A stretch of DNA of 64,000 nucleotides from Octopus vulgaris (GCA_951406725.2 OX597824.1:68510001-68574000), one strand, 5' to 3'. Positions 36,118 through 49,252 are shown, counted from the stretch's first letter. Numbers and translations: made by a program. The notes: a model not told the origin generated them from the sequence alone.

Positions 36118-36491
36118 AATACCTCCGCCATAGCAAAGGCGGGGGTATTGTTTTCAGTCGTGTTTGTTTGTTTGTTTATCCGTGGGCAAGATATCTCAAG
36201 AACCGCTGGATGGATTCGGATGAAACTTTCAGGGATGTTTGGCCTCGTGACTGGCACACACTGATTAGATTTTGGAATTGATCGGGTATAGGACAAGGAT
36301 TCTGGATTATTTTCCCGGTTTTTTTAAAACTTAACTTTTGAGAGCGGTCAGGTTCATTTTTAGTATTCTCGCTTGTGAGGGTAGCCGAGTTTATTTCAGA
36401 TATTCTCATTTTAAAAATCATCTCTGGCTAATCGTTGAAAGGACGTTGGTGTTGCCTTGGCAGAGGTTTGCGCTCTTTGAGTGCTCATGTT
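36118..36491 (-). mobile_element. Helentron/HINE-like element (second copy)
   Basis: Inverted homologue of 13300-13657, with hairpin aatacctccgcc atagcaaa ggcgggggtatt. Confidence 0.6.
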
Positions 36492-36509
36492 ATAATTTTA
36501 TTCAATATC

Positions 36510-37041
36510 TTGGCATCCATGCCAACCTCCCTTCATCGGACACTAAACTCTGCTTGCGAAAACCTGTTGGGGCAAGTGAAATCGAAATTGAACCAAATTC
36601 GATGACTGGCGTCCGTACTAGTGGAGCGCTAACAGCTCCATCCGAGCGGGATCACTGCCAGAGCAGCTGTCTGGCTTCTGTGCCGGTGGCACGTAAAAAG
36701 CACCATTCGAACGTGATCGTTACCAGCGTCGCCTTACTGGCACGTGAACAAAACATTCGAGCGAGGTCGTTGCTAGTGCCGCTGGACTGACTCCTGTGCA
36801 GGTGGCACGGAAAAAACACCATTTCGAGCGTGGCCGTCGCCAGTACCGCCTGACTGGCCCTCGTGTCGGTAGTACGTAAAAGCATCCACTACACTCGGAG
36901 TGGTTGGCGTTAGGAAGGGCATCCAGCTGTAGAAACTCTGCCAGATCAGATTGGAGCCTGGCGCAGCCATCTGGTTCACCAGTTCTCAGTCAAATCGTCC
37001 AACCCATGCCAGCATGGAAAGCGGACGTTAAATGATGATGG

Positions 37042-37075
<34 letters not shown>
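36510..37075 (+). mobile_element. Family D (RTE-related), longest copy
   Basis: Internal ggcacgtaaaaagcaccattcga repeats, ggttggcgttaggaagggcatccagctgtagaaac, and a (gat)n tail. Confidence 0.8.
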
Positions 37076-37408
37076 ATTCCCCTCTCAGATTCACACACCT
37101 ATTGCAGCGGTCCTTCAGTTTTTCTAAGATCTGTAAAAAAACTCTGAAGCTTGAGCCTCCAACGAGGCCTTTCGTGATACTCTTAAAGCCAGGAACTTTT
37201 CAGTTTTACCCACAATTCAAAGCGCCAGTTTTTCCATTTCTTTGTCACGCTGAATCTCCTTGAGAACTACGTTAAGGGTATGCGTGTCTGTGGAGTGCTC
37301 AACCACTTCCACGTTAATTTCACGAGCAGGCTGTTTTGTTGATCAGATCGACTGTCGTCGTCACATCTGACGGAGTTCCAGTTGTATGTATGTATGCATG
37401 TATGTCGT

Positions 37409-37731
37409 GAAGGCGCGTGGCTTAGTGGTTAGGGCATTCGGCTCACGACTGTAAGGTCGTGAGTTCAATTCCCGGCGACGCGTTGTGTCTTTGAGCAAGA
37501 CACTTTATTTCATGTTGCTCCAGTCCACTCAGCAGGAAAAAATGAGTTGTACCTGTATTTCAAAGGGCCGGCTTTGTCACACTCTGTGTCACGCTGAATC
37601 TCCCTGAGAACTACATTAAGGGTACACGTGTCTGTGGATTGCTCAGTCACTTCCACGTTAATTTCACGAGCAAGCTTTTCCGTTGATCGTATCAGATGGG
37701 ACCCTCGTCGTCGTAATCGACGGAGTGCTCC
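37409..37731 (+). mobile_element. CORE-type SINE with alternative 3' body
   Basis: Head and CORE, then tgtcacgctgaatctccctgagaactac. 3' fragments also occur at 37243-37380 (+) and 50782-50902 (-). Confidence 0.85.
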
Positions 37732-38029
37732 TAATGTATGTATGTATGTATGTATGTATGAATCGTTTCCTCCTGTCAGTCAACAGATCCCACTTTTAAA
37801 ATGTTTATCTTGTATCTGCAGTGTACATCACTAATGCTTTCAAATATTACTGGTTACTTTTATATTTTGGCTTATCAAACCCAATCTAGCATCAAAACAC
37901 CCTTCATCCAACCCCGTTTCATTATGTAATCGCTTGGTCTGCTAGAAATGGTAGTATAATCTCCTTGAAATGATCTATTACTGTCTTAAATAAAGAGCTA
38001 CCTGATACTATAGTCATAGACACATGAGC

Positions 38030-38172
38030 ATAGCTAGAGGGGCTGGTAGGGCCGGTCCGCCCCGGGCGGCACTTTTAAAGGGTCTACTGTAGACAAAATG
38101 TGTTTTTTTGGGGGGCTGGGGGCGGCAAGCAGAAGGGCCGCCCCAGGCGGCACACTCTATCTAAGCTAGTGC
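38030..38172. mobile_element. Short GC-rich MITE-like element; relative at 63608-63758
   Basis: Shares gggcggcacttttaaaggg..aagggc.g.ccc.g.cggcacac..gctagtg. The 63.6 kb copy has TIR actagcgtagctg / cagctacgctagt. Confidence 0.55.
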
Positions 38173-38805
38173 TTAGGTATATTCCTAAAAACATGGGGTA
38201 GTCTCCATAAGAAGCCCTTTGATAGGCTCGATCAGAGTTACCCTGAGCTAAACAACGATGATGGTTTTTCAACATGGTAGAAATAGCACCCAAATTTTCC
38301 TCAGAAAGCATACCTGCAGTTATAAAAAAGGGAAGGACACTTTACTGACCTCGGATATAGCCACCATTAACACCACTTAAGGGAGTATAAATATCGGCTG
38401 GACAGTGGACTAAGTGCAGCATGTCCGGATTGTAGGGAGCGTTTATATCTGGAATTACAGAACTAGACTGCTACATGACCAGACTGTAGGAATGGTCAAA
38501 GACAGTGATCGGTAAAGTGGTCAATGTTCACCCTTGGGGGTCGGTTGCTATTTAATAAACATCTGAAACGCTTTTGAGCAAAAAGACTGATGAATTATTA
38601 GCAAACTGAATCTGGAAGTTCTATATTTAAGAAATGAGGAATTATGTACATTATTTTCATTATTTACATTATTTAAATTCGACGGATATTTATCCTCATC
38701 TTGTTTGTTGTTAACACATTTCGGCTGATATACCCTCCAAGCCTTCATCTTGGGGTAAATTTCGAACCTAGGTTCTCATTCCTAACCAATATGCCATATA
38801 CCTAC

Positions 38806-38878
38806 GGACATATGGCGTAGTGGTTAAGAACGCGGGCTACTAACCCCAAGATTCCGAGTTCGATTCCAGGCTGTGACC
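38806..38878 (+). other. tRNA-like Pol III head (pseudo-tRNA / SINE head)
   Basis: A box tggcgtagtgg, B box gagttcgattcc and anticodon-like ggg ctactaa ccc. The T and acceptor stems are mismatched. Confidence 0.7.
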
Positions 38879-38954
38879 TGAGCAACAACAACAATAATAA
38901 TAATAACATCGAAAAATACCTTAGGAATGACAACCCAGGTTCGAAATTTCCTCA

Positions 38955-39001
38955 ACACACCCGAAGAAAGCTGGAGGGTATATCAGCCGAAACGTTTTGT
39001 T
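38955..39001 (+). ncRNA. Minimal Penelope-type hammerhead motif
   Basis: acac-CCGAAGA-aagctg gagggtatat cagcc-GAAAC-GTT-ttgt, with palindromic aacgtt. It has a U4C change and a weakened stem I. Confidence 0.55.
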
Positions 39002-39513
39002 AACAACAAACAAGATGAGGACAAATATCCGTCAAATGTAAATAATGAATCTGGAAGATCGTGCGAATTTAAGACTAAAACTCATTAATTTCCAGCCAAA
39101 TATCAATGTCAATAACTAGAATTCGCCAAACACGTATTTCACATTAAATATTCTGAATTTTTAATGCTTTTTACTAAATTCGTTTATTTTCACTAGATTT
39201 CTTTGAATATTAAATATTTCTTATTAAAATGTGGCAATGACACATACAGAATGAGGGAATTACTGTTTTTAAATCATTTATCTTTAATTTTTTTACTTGC
39301 TTCAGTCATTGGACTGCGGCCATGCTGGGGCATCGCCTTGAAGAATTTTAGTCGAACAAGTCGAACCCAGTACATTCTTTTAAACCCTATTATTCTATCG
39401 GTTACTTTTACCAAACTTCTAAGTTACGAGGACGTAGATACGCCAACACCACTTGCCAAGCGGTGGTGGTGGTGGTGAAACACAGACATACTTATGCATG
39501 CATAAGTATGTCT

Positions 39514-39890
39514 GATTGAAATGCAATAGATCGATACTAGGGTCATAATTATGGGCGACAATTTCATATGACACCGCTAGAAAAAACTGCCGTTCAAACC
39601 GAAAGGATCCGGTATGACCCCTTTTTGAAGCTTCCATTACTTTTTGTAGGAAGGGAGGAAGTGGTTTTTGACCAGAGACCCTGCCTGAATGCTTGCATTT
39701 AGGCTAGGGGCAACGGTTCCTGTAACATACCGGTTTTTCTATGAGAAGGGATTGCTAGCTTCATAATCATTTCTGGAGTAAGAGAACTTTATAGCGCAAT
39801 GGAGCCGATTCAGGAAGTGAGAGATAGAGAGAAAGAGAAATCAACCCCGGTGTATGACTGGTATTTATCTATCAACCCTGAAAGGATGAA
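39514..39890 (+). repeat. About 380-bp dispersed duplication of 46730-47109
   Basis: Near-identical across the MITE right end, TSD, host repeat and a SINE C fragment. Confidence 0.9.
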
Positions 39891-40706
39891 AGAATGTATG
39901 TATGTATGTATGTATGTATGTATGTATGTATGTATGTATGTATGTATGTATGTATCTTCTATTTTTTAATTATTGTAAATCTTCCACTGAAGAGGGAGCC
40001 AGTTTCCAACAAAGATACTAGGCTCCATCTTAGTAAACACAGACAAATTCACATTTGGAAATTGAGAAAAGTCTTGCATATTTTTACTGTTCCACTCACA
40101 GATTGCACTTGTAATGAACGAATTAGCCAGTCGATTTCTATTTCTGAAAATCCTAGTTTATCCAGATTCTTCTTTAAGCATTTACTAACAAAACTTAGTG
40201 CTCCAATTATTATTGGTATGGATATTCATTCATAGTCTAGATAGAGAAGCTGGGGAGTTCGAAGCAGTTTTCCATAGATATCCTCTTTTTCTTTGATTTT
40301 CAAAGTGATATTTATATCTGTAAGGCAGCTGACTTCTATGATGGTACATATGTATGTATGTTTGTATGTATGTATGTATGTATGTATGTATGTATGTATG
40401 TATGTATGTATGTATGTATGTATGTATGGATGGATGGATGGATGGATGGATGGATGGATGTGCATATGTATGTATGTATGTATGGATGGATGGATGGATG
40501 TATGTATGTATGTATGTATGTATGTATGGATGGATGGATGTGCGTATGTATGTATGGATGGATGGATGGATGTATGTATGTATGTATGTATGGATGGATG
40601 GATGTGTGTATGTATGTATGTATGTATGTAGAATGAGTTGTAGCCCAAGCTGTGTCCCATGAAGCATATCTGCGTATTCCAGTACTCTAAAATCACATTC
40701 TGTTAT

Positions 40707-40936
40707 TCTTTTACTTGTTTCAGTTATTTGACTGCGGCCATACTGGAGCACCGCCTTAAAGGGTTTTTTTTAGCCAAAGAAATCGCAACCAGGACCTATT
40801 GTTTGTAAGCCTAGTACTTATTCTATTGGGCTCTTTGCCGAACCGCTAGGTTACGTGGACGTAAACACACCAACAATGGTTACCAAGCGATAGGGGGACA
40901 AACACAGACACAAAGATACACTCACATACATACAGG

Positions 40937-41009
<73 letters not shown>

Positions 41010-41165
41010 GACAGGCTTCTTCCAGTTTCCGTCTGCCAAATCTACTCATATGGCTCTAGCTGACCCAAGGTAATAGTAGAAGACACTTGCCCAAAGTACC
41101 ACGCAGTGGGGTTGAACCTGGAACCATGTGGTTAAGAAGCAAGCTTCTTACCACCCAGCCACGCC
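40707..41165 (-). mobile_element. SINE family A
   Basis: Complete on the minus strand. Confidence 0.85.
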
Positions 41166-41719
41166 AGAGCCCGTGTAGTTGTTATATTTGTGTGATGTAT
41201 GCATAAGAGTTGATTCTGTCAGAAGAATTTCTAATAGGAGATATCATACATGTATTTTCTACACGTACAACTTTGTAACTCCTATTAGCAAATGAAACAC
41301 GTGTAATGATGAATAAATAATATAGATTTTCTTTCAATCTCTTGAACGAGTTTCTTTCAGTTTCCGTCTACTAAATCCACTCACAAGGCTTTGATCGGCT
41401 CGAGGGTGTCACGCAGTAGAACTGAACCCGGAACCATGTGGTTGGGAAGCAAATTTATAACCATGCACCCACATATTCAACGATTTCAAAAGCTTGAGAA
41501 TGAACATCACATGTCAACAATCCCCAGATTCTTAGATGAGTACATGTTTAAAAAATATAAGAGCTATAAATGAACATGCATCCTCCAAAATGTCATAGGA
41601 ACCACAAGACCAAAAACGTTAGGGCTTTTAGAATGTAGACCCGTCCAAAATCTAAGGAGATTACGGTGGAAAACATAAAAATGATTTCAAATTAAGACAA
41701 TATGCAGCAGCGTAGCTTG

Positions 41720-42112
41720 TGGTGGGTGAGGAAGATGGGGATGGAAGACAATTGGGGTGGGAGACAGTTGGGGTAGGGGACGATTGGGGGTGGTGGACGA
41801 TTGGAATACGGGACGATTGGGATAGGAGACGACGGGGTGAGGACGATGGAGTGGGGTGAGGACGATGGAGTGGGGTGAGGACGATGGAGTGAGGTGAGGA
41901 CGATGGAGTGGGGTGAGGACGATGGAATGGGGGGAGAATGTGTTGGCGAACAAATGGCGTGGCGGATGTGGGGCTGCCGGACGGCTGGGACGGCGCACGA
42001 GGGCGTGAGGGACGACGGTGGGACGATTTGGGGGTGGCAGACGATGGGGGTGGCGGACGATGAGGGTGGCGGATGATGATGGGGGGCGATGAGGGGGTGG
42101 ACGGAGGTAGGG
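41720..42112. repeat. G-rich minisatellite (gaggacgatggagtggggt and variants)
   Basis: About five 19-bp units at 41838-41930 within a degenerate ggacgat array. Confidence 0.85.
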
Positions 42113-42239
42113 GATCTCCATAATCATTCATCGCATATAAAAAGAAATCTTACTGTCTTTATATAATTAAACATCATTAGGAATTGTATTAAAAAAATTT
42201 AAATATCCTGTTTATAAATGCAAGAAATTTATTCTTCTT

Positions 42240-42606
42240 TTACTCTTTTTCTTGTTTGTCATTTGATTGCGGCCATGCTGGAGCATGGGTTTTAGTCTAA
42301 TAAATCGACCCCAGGACTTATTCTTTGTATGCTTAGTACTTATTCTCTCGGAATCTTTCGACGAACGGTTAAGTTGCAGGGACGTAAACAAACCAGCATC
42401 GGTTGTCAAGCTGTGGTGGCGAGGCGAACACACAGACACACACACATATATATATGACGGGCTACTTTCAGTTTCCGTCTACCAAATCCACTCACAAGGC
42501 TTTGGTCAGTTCGAGGCTATAGATAAAGCCATTTGCCCAAGGTGCAACACTGTGGGATTGAACTCGGAACCATGTGGTTGGGAAGCAAGTTTCTTACCAC
42601 ACAGTC
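42240..42606 (-). mobile_element. SINE family A
   Basis: Family motifs on the minus strand. Confidence 0.85.
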
Positions 42607-43097
42607 ACGAACAATAAAATCTGATATGGAACCCCAAGGACCGTATGGACCCCGGTTGAGAACCACTGTGTTAGATAATATTACAAAAACAAAAAGCCTA
42701 ATCTTTAAGGCGTGTACTTAAACAAATGTGGAATTTGTGAGGTTCATGCCTTTATAAAAAGAAGTTAGCGAATTAGTTCTGTAAATGGAAAGAAGTGAAG
42801 CTGGTTGGTCTCGGGATTGAAACCGTCTCGGAGAACTGACAGTGGCTGTAGAGGTGAAAGGGGAAGGTTTTTTTATTTCTCACTTTGGAGAATTTTGCGA
42901 CACACAGCCCCTACGTAGTCGCATGATATACTAGAAGCAGGAGCTAAATCTATTTTGAAGCGTATAACTTCTGAAAATTGGACAGATTGTATAATGTGGT
43001 CTGAAATATACTATGTCTTGGAAGATTATATAAGATACAAGGTGACCACGTTTGGAATACCTTTGATTATAGGTCAGTCCAGTTAGGACACACACGC

Positions 43098-43143
<46 letters not shown>

Positions 43144-43229
43144 CCAGCAACGCGAGCCAACAAAGGTGCCTCTATGTGGTCGTTCACTATGCTTGAAATA
43201 GCGAGTGAATCCCTTTCGAATTTTATTTT

Positions 43230-43563
43230 TGACCCCCTTCGGTCAGACACTGACCATGGGTTTGCACCTAGAGAGTTACCCTCTGAGGCACAAGTCTGGG
43301 CAAGGTTGTTTTATGGAAGACCAGCAGTCGCCCATGCATACAAGTCTCCCCTCTCCACGTCACCGATGTTGTCCAAGGGAAAGGCAAGGGCCGATACAGC
43401 TTGGCACCTGTGACGTCGCAACTCATTTCTACAGCTGAGTGAACTGGAGCAACGTGAAATAAAGTGTCTTGCTCAAGAACACAACACGCAGCCCGGTCTG
43501 GGATTCGAGCTCACAACCTCACGATCGTAAGCTCGACGCTCTAACCACTGAGCCACGCGCCTT
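43230..43563 (-). mobile_element. CORE-type SINE family B, full length
   Basis: Highly similar to 13662-13986. Confidence 0.9.
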
Positions 43564-44034
43564 CTACACCTGCATTATCTCGAAAAGCAGAACGTATCAG
43601 AAAAAAAAGGCGTGGCGGTCACGACTAGAAGGCCTCTGATCACGTGTTTGCTCAATCAAAGAGTAAATAATAGTATTAAAAACAACAGCAACAACGGCAG
43701 AGACATCGATTTTCTTTATCACGAGTCCAAAAATTTACGGGAGGCTATTACTATCATGGGTAAAACTGTGGCCCGCGGGGCTTTCTGAATGGCACACCTG
43801 AGGAAAAGTTACCTTGATTTTTTTTAGTATTGCGGTCCACCCGATGAAGAACTATACCATGTCTTATGCGGTCCGCATAAAAAAAATAATAAAAAAAGGC
43901 TGTCTTGTCTATGTCTATACTATAGCGTTCCCTTCCTTTTCCTAGGGGCATTATAAACAACATTCGAACCAGTGGTTCCCACCCGGGGTCCATGTAGCCC
44001 TTGGAGGTTCACGTAAGATTTTCCTGTTAGAATT

Positions 44035-44261
44035 TACTCTTTTACTTGTTTAAGTCATTTGACTGTGGCCATGCTGGAGCACCGCCTTTAGTCGAGCAAA
44101 TTGACCCCAGGACTTATTCTTTGTAAGCCTAGTACTTATTCTATCGGACTCTTTTGCCGAACCGCTAGGTTACGGGGACCTAAACACACCAGCATCGGTT
44201 GTCAAGCGATGTTGGGGGGGGGGGGACAAACACAGACACACGAACACACACACACACATAT

Positions 44262-44304
<43 letters not shown>

Positions 44305-44464
44305 TACGACCGGCTTCTTTCAGTTTCCGTCTACCAAATCCACTCACAAGGCTTTGGTCGGCCCGAGGCTATAGTAGAAGACACTTGCCCAAGGTGCCAT
44401 GCAGTAGGACTGAACCCGGAACCATGAGGTTCGTAAGCAAGCTGCTTACCACACTCCACTCCTA
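44035..44464 (-). mobile_element. SINE family A
   Basis: Complete on the minus strand. Confidence 0.9.
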
Positions 44465-44530
44465 CAAAATATTTACACATTTTTAAATACAATTCCTAAT
44501 ATTTAAACAAAGATATAATAGATTTTAGAT

Positions 44531-45115
44531 TCTTTTACTTGTTTCAGCCATTTGACTGCGGCCATGCTGGAGTACCGCCTTGAAGGGTTTTTTAGTCAAA
44601 GAAATCGACTCCAGGACTTATTACTTTTTTAAAGCCTAGTACTTATTCTATCAGTCTCTTTTGTCGAACCGCTGGTCTAACGAGGACGCAACCACACCAG
44701 CATCGGTTGTCAAGCAATGTAGGTGGGAGAGGAGACAAATACAGACACAAAGACACACATAAATACACACATATGCATATATACAACGATCTTCTTTCAG
44801 TTTCCGTCTACAAAATCCACTCACAAGGCTTTAATCGGCCCTAGGCTATAGTAGAAGATACTTGCCGAAGGTGCCACGCAGTGGGACTGAACGCGGAACC
44901 ATGTGCTTGGAAAGCAAGCTTCTTATTTCTTTATTGCCCACAAGGGGCTAAACATACAGGGAACAAACAAGGACAAAGGGATTAAGTCGGTTACATAGAC
45001 CCCAGGTACTTAATTTATCGAGCCCGAAAGGATGAAAGGCAAAGTCGACCTCGGCGAAATTTGAACTCTGAACATAACTGCAGACGAAATACGGCTACGC
45101 ATTTCGCCCGGCGCC
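44531..45115 (-). mobile_element. SINE family A (44531-44925) abutting SINE family C (44925-45115)
   Basis: Both family motif sets occur on the minus strand. Confidence 0.85.
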
Positions 45116-46397
45116 TATGGAAAAAAAACAAGGTAATAGCTTTTAGATATCGAATGGCTGTGAGGGTTTCCTCCGCCACCTGAGCTATATGGGAATCAAA
45201 GGGATCCATTGTTAAAAGATGAATGCTGTTTAAACATGAATATGCAATGGTAGAAACAGTAGAACGCACACTACGTTCAGTGAAGTCCTTCCTGAGTTCA
45301 AACCCGACCATAGACGTATTTGCTAAATTATTTTTCTGGGATTTTTGAAGTAGTTATTTAATTCTGGGTTAGTTATGACCACCACGTTTGTTTTTTTTTT
45401 ACAGAAATATGTGGTGCCATTTGTTGTTGTAATTGTTGGAGGTGATGATATTAGTAGTGATGGTAGTGGTGGTATGGGTGATAGTGGTAGTGGTGGTGAT
45501 GGAGGTAGTAGTAGTAATGGTGGTGTTTGTAGTGGTAGTGGTAGTAGTAGTGATGATGCTGGTGGTTGTAGTGGTAGTGGTGATGCTGCTGGTTGTAGTG
45601 GTGGTGGTAGTGGTAGTAGTAGTAGTGGTGATGCTGGTGGTTGTAGTGGTAATGGTTAGGGTTAGGGTTAGGGTTTACGTTAGAAAGGGTCCAGCAGAGG
45701 GTTTGACCCCTTTTTGAAGCTTCAAAGACTAGTTGTAGGAAGGAAAAAAGCGGTCTTTGACCAGAGACCCTGCCTGAATGCCTGCATTTAGGCTAGGGGC
45801 AACGGTTGTAGTGGTAGTGGTAGTAGTAGTGGTGGATGTAGTGGTAGTGGTGGTAGTAGTTGTGATGCTGGTGGTTGTAGTTGTAGTGGTGGTGGTAGTG
45901 GTAGTGGTAGAGGAATTGGTACTGGTGGTGGTGGTAGTGGTGGTTAATGTTATTTCCTGCGTCGGTTCTGATCGTGCAGACTCATAATCAAAAGAACACG
46001 CCGGTCATGACCCTCCAATCTTTTTTTAACGTTTGTAGGATGGCATTATCCGATGTGTCCTGTCGTTATTTAAAACAGTAACTGTTTCTGAGTTGAGAGA
46101 AATTTGGCTGCTATTTCTACTTTCAGCAGATTCAGTGACCCTTCTCACTCTAATATCAAGCGGGGAGATTTGAGTGAGATTTGGTTCCTATTTCACGTAG
46201 AGATACTTGATTGACCCTTTGCTCTCAAATATCAAAAAGAGATATTTAGCTGCTATTTCTATACCTAGCACTTCCAGTGACCTTTCTCACTCGAGAAAGA
46301 AAAAGGGAAACTTGACTGCTGTTTCAAGCGACCATGTAGAAGATTCTTCATTGGCTGACATTTTTTACGTTAGAAAGGGCCCAGCAGAGGGTATGAC

Positions 46398-46826
46398 GGA
46401 TCTTTTCGGTTTGAACGGCAGTTTTTTAAAATAATTTCCACGTAACTAAACACTTGAACTTCGTGTACTGGTAGAATGTGTTTATAAAACATCTTTTTCT
46501 CTTGGCTTTATTGAGAAAATTCTATGGTTTCTAAGATATTTGTTGGGGTTTTTTTTTTCAATTTCTGCAATTTCAACCAATCAATGACGTCTATTGAGGT
46601 AAAAAACATTCTGTGACGTATGAATATGTCCCTCGTTTAAGAAACAGATTGGGCTTATTTACATTTGTGAAGAAAAAAAAGATACCCTTCCCCCTAACCC
46701 TAACCCTAACTAACCATAACCCCAAAACAGATTGAAATGCATTAGATCGATACTAGGGTCATAATTATGGGCGACAATTTCATATAACACCGCTAGAAAA
46801 AACTGCCGTTCAAACCGAAAAGATCC
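46398..46826. mobile_element. MITE with 30-bp TIRs and 8-bp TSD (GG termini, Merlin-like)
   Basis: TIR ggatcttttcggtttgaacggcagtttttt / aaaaaactgccgttcaaaccgaaaagatcc. TSD ggtatgac at 46390-46397 and 46827-46834. It contains a short (ccctaa)n. The superfamily call is inference. Confidence 0.85.
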
Positions 46827-47249
46827 GGTATGACCCCTTTTTGAAGCTTCCATTACTTTTTGTAGGAAGGAAGGAAGTGGTCTTTGACCAGAGACCCTGT
46901 CTGAATGCTTGCATTTAGGCTAGGGGCAACGGTTCCTGTAACATACTGGTTTTTCTATGAGAAGGGATTGCTAGCCTCATAATCATTTCTGGAGTAAGAG
47001 AACTCATTTTTATAGCGCAATGGAGCCGATTCAGGAAGTGAGAGATAGAGAGAAAGAGAAATCAACCCCGGTGTATGACTGGTATTTATCTATCAACCCT
47101 GAAAGGATGCAAGAAGTTGACCTAGGCGGGATTTCAACTCAAAGCGGTAAGACTCAGAACCAGTTTTGCAAATCATTCCGTCTGACGCTCTACCAATTCT
47201 GCCGGTTAACAAGCAACAGCTGAAATTGCTAATCGATGTTGCTAATCGA

Positions 47250-47462
47250 TGTTGAAAAGTTCCTGTCTTTAAGGGTGTCGCAAAAGGCCTGGTAGGTGAC
47301 TCAATCTTCCAAGTTCTTTTACAGGGCTTAAAAAAAAAACTGAAGGACCGCTGCAATAAGTGTGTGAATCTGAGAGGGGAATATGTAGTATAATATGATA
47401 ATTAACTTTTCCTCCTGTATTTTCTTTTACCCAAAGTCAGGACCTTTGCAGCACCCACTCGC
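47250..47462 (+). mobile_element. Internally deleted mariner remnant
   Basis: gaaaagttcctg.cttt / aaagtcaggacctttgc TIR remnants, plus LKDRCNKCVNLRGEYV. Confidence 0.65.
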
Positions 47463-47608
47463 ATTACTGAAAACTGCGTTTTGGGGATTCACAGACGAAA
47501 ATCTCTGGTCACTGTACAAGTCCAGGCCAGGCCAGTTTTTCAACTGTAATTATGTCACCAATGCAGTAGTGGAGTAGAACAAGGAGGGAAATAGGGTCTG
47601 TTTAATTA

Positions 47609-47880
47609 CAGTGGTTCTCAACCGGGGTCCACATGACCTTTAAGGTTTCATAAGACCCTTAGGGGTCCATATAAGATTTTGCTGATAAAATTTACGTGCA
47701 ATAAATTTCTTATTCTTCTATCATGCACAAAATATTTTCAACAATTTTTCCGTACAATTCCTAATAATATTTAATTATAAAAATATAAAGTGACTTTTTT
47801 AAACGTTGAATGTTCATAGGGGTCCAGAAAAGTAAAATAGGGATCGAATAGGTTCGAACGCATGAAATGGTCGAGAACTT
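47609..47880. mobile_element. hAT-like MITE remnant
   Basis: cagtggttctcaacc left end and ggtcgagaac right-end remnant. Related ends occur at 42650-42668 and 43970. Confidence 0.55.
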
Positions 47881-48067
47881 TAGTACTAAAATAAATGGAG
47901 AATGTTGCAAATGAGAGTGGTTAAGTGTCTTTAAAGGAGGACTGGGTGTCAGGGTTAGTGGTGGCACGATCTACTAAGAATAGAAATAGCAGGCAAACCT
48001 TCTTCAAATTACAACTGCTACTGACTTTAAGTAAAGGGAGCAGTATATTAAATGAGAGTATAATTGT

Positions 48068-48286
48068 GGAGGCGCATGGCTCAGTGGTTAAGGTGTTGGG
48101 CTCATGATCGTAAGATTGCGGTTTCGATTCCTGGACCAGGTGATGGGTTGTGTTCTTGAGCAAAACACTCCATTTCACTTTGCAGCAGTTCACTCACCCG
48201 GTAAAAATGAGTAACCCTGCAATGCGCCGGTGTTCCGTCCAAGTGGGGAATGTATATACCAGAGAAACCGGGAAACCGACCCTATA
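48068..48286 (+). mobile_element. CORE-type SINE with a family V-like 3' end
   Basis: ggaggcgcatggctcagtggttaagg head, then CORE, then ccctgcaatg..ccgtcca..aaaccgggaaac. Confidence 0.75.
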
Positions 48287-48509
48287 CTCCTTACTGAGTA
48301 ATGTGAACTGACATTTTAAAATTATGCCATCCCAGAAACTCAGAAAATGACAGGATGGTCATGGCTGGAATAACGTTAATAATAAGACAAACAACATCAA
48401 CAACTCCAATAAAGTTCTTTAAATTCTTGTACGTAAATTATTTGACTTAAAGGAGTTTGTTTAAAGGCCAATACTTAACTCATTATTTATTTATATATCT
48501 ATCATTATC

Positions 48510-48686
48510 CAAAATGCTTTGCAACCTTTCGTTTCACAATGTTCTGAGTTCAAATGCCGTCGAGGCCAACTTTGCCGTTCATCCTTTCGGGGTCGATTAA
48601 ATAAGTACCAGCGAAACACTGGAGTCGATGTAATCGACTTAAAACCCTCCCCGCAAATTTCAGGCCTTGTGCCTACAGTAGAAAGG

Positions 48687-48739
<53 letters not shown>

Positions 48740-49015
48740 CATTATTATTATTATTATTATTATTATCATTATTATCATTATTATTATTATTAAGAGGGTG
48801 GCAAAGTGGCGAGCTAGCAGAATCGTTAGCACGCCGGGCAAAATGCTTAGCGGCATTTCGTCTGTCTGCACGTTCTGAGTTCAAATTCCACCGAGGTCGA
48901 CTTTGCCTATCATCCTTTCAGGGTCGATAAATTAAGTACCAGTTGAACACTGAGGACGATGTAATCGACTAGCCCTAATCTCCAAATTTCCGGCCTTTGT
49001 GCCAACATTGGAAAC
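48510..49015 (+). mobile_element. Two SINE family C copies separated by (ATT)n
   Basis: Copies at 48510-48688 and 48797-49015. Confidence 0.85.
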
Positions 49016-49186
49016 AACTAGTTATTATTATTATTATTTTATATAATTGTCCTTTTCCTGTGAATGGTTCGGAGTCAAGTCCAACTCGGTTAGTATTTCC
49101 GGGTGATCTTGTACTTGTTTCCGAACAACTGTGTGTATGACCCATATGAGACAAATGACCAAATATCTGGGACGGCACTGCTGCTG

Positions 49187-49252
<66 letters not shown>

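Larger units (their letters stand above)
38660..39047. mobile_element. Penelope pseudo-LTR-like inverted repeat (arms 38660-38785 and 38921-39047)
   Basis: gacggatattt.tcctcatcttgtttgttgttaaca..tttcggctgatataccctcca is mirrored on the other arm. Confidence 0.8.

Noticed and set aside
38806-38878. Functional tRNA gene (also the SINE heads elsewhere)
   Set aside because: The acceptor and T stems are mismatched and there is no poly-T terminator. It is better explained as a SINE head.
45655-45675. Telomere or interstitial telomere (also 33782 and 46692)
   Set aside because: Only 2-3 hexamer units, associated with repeats.
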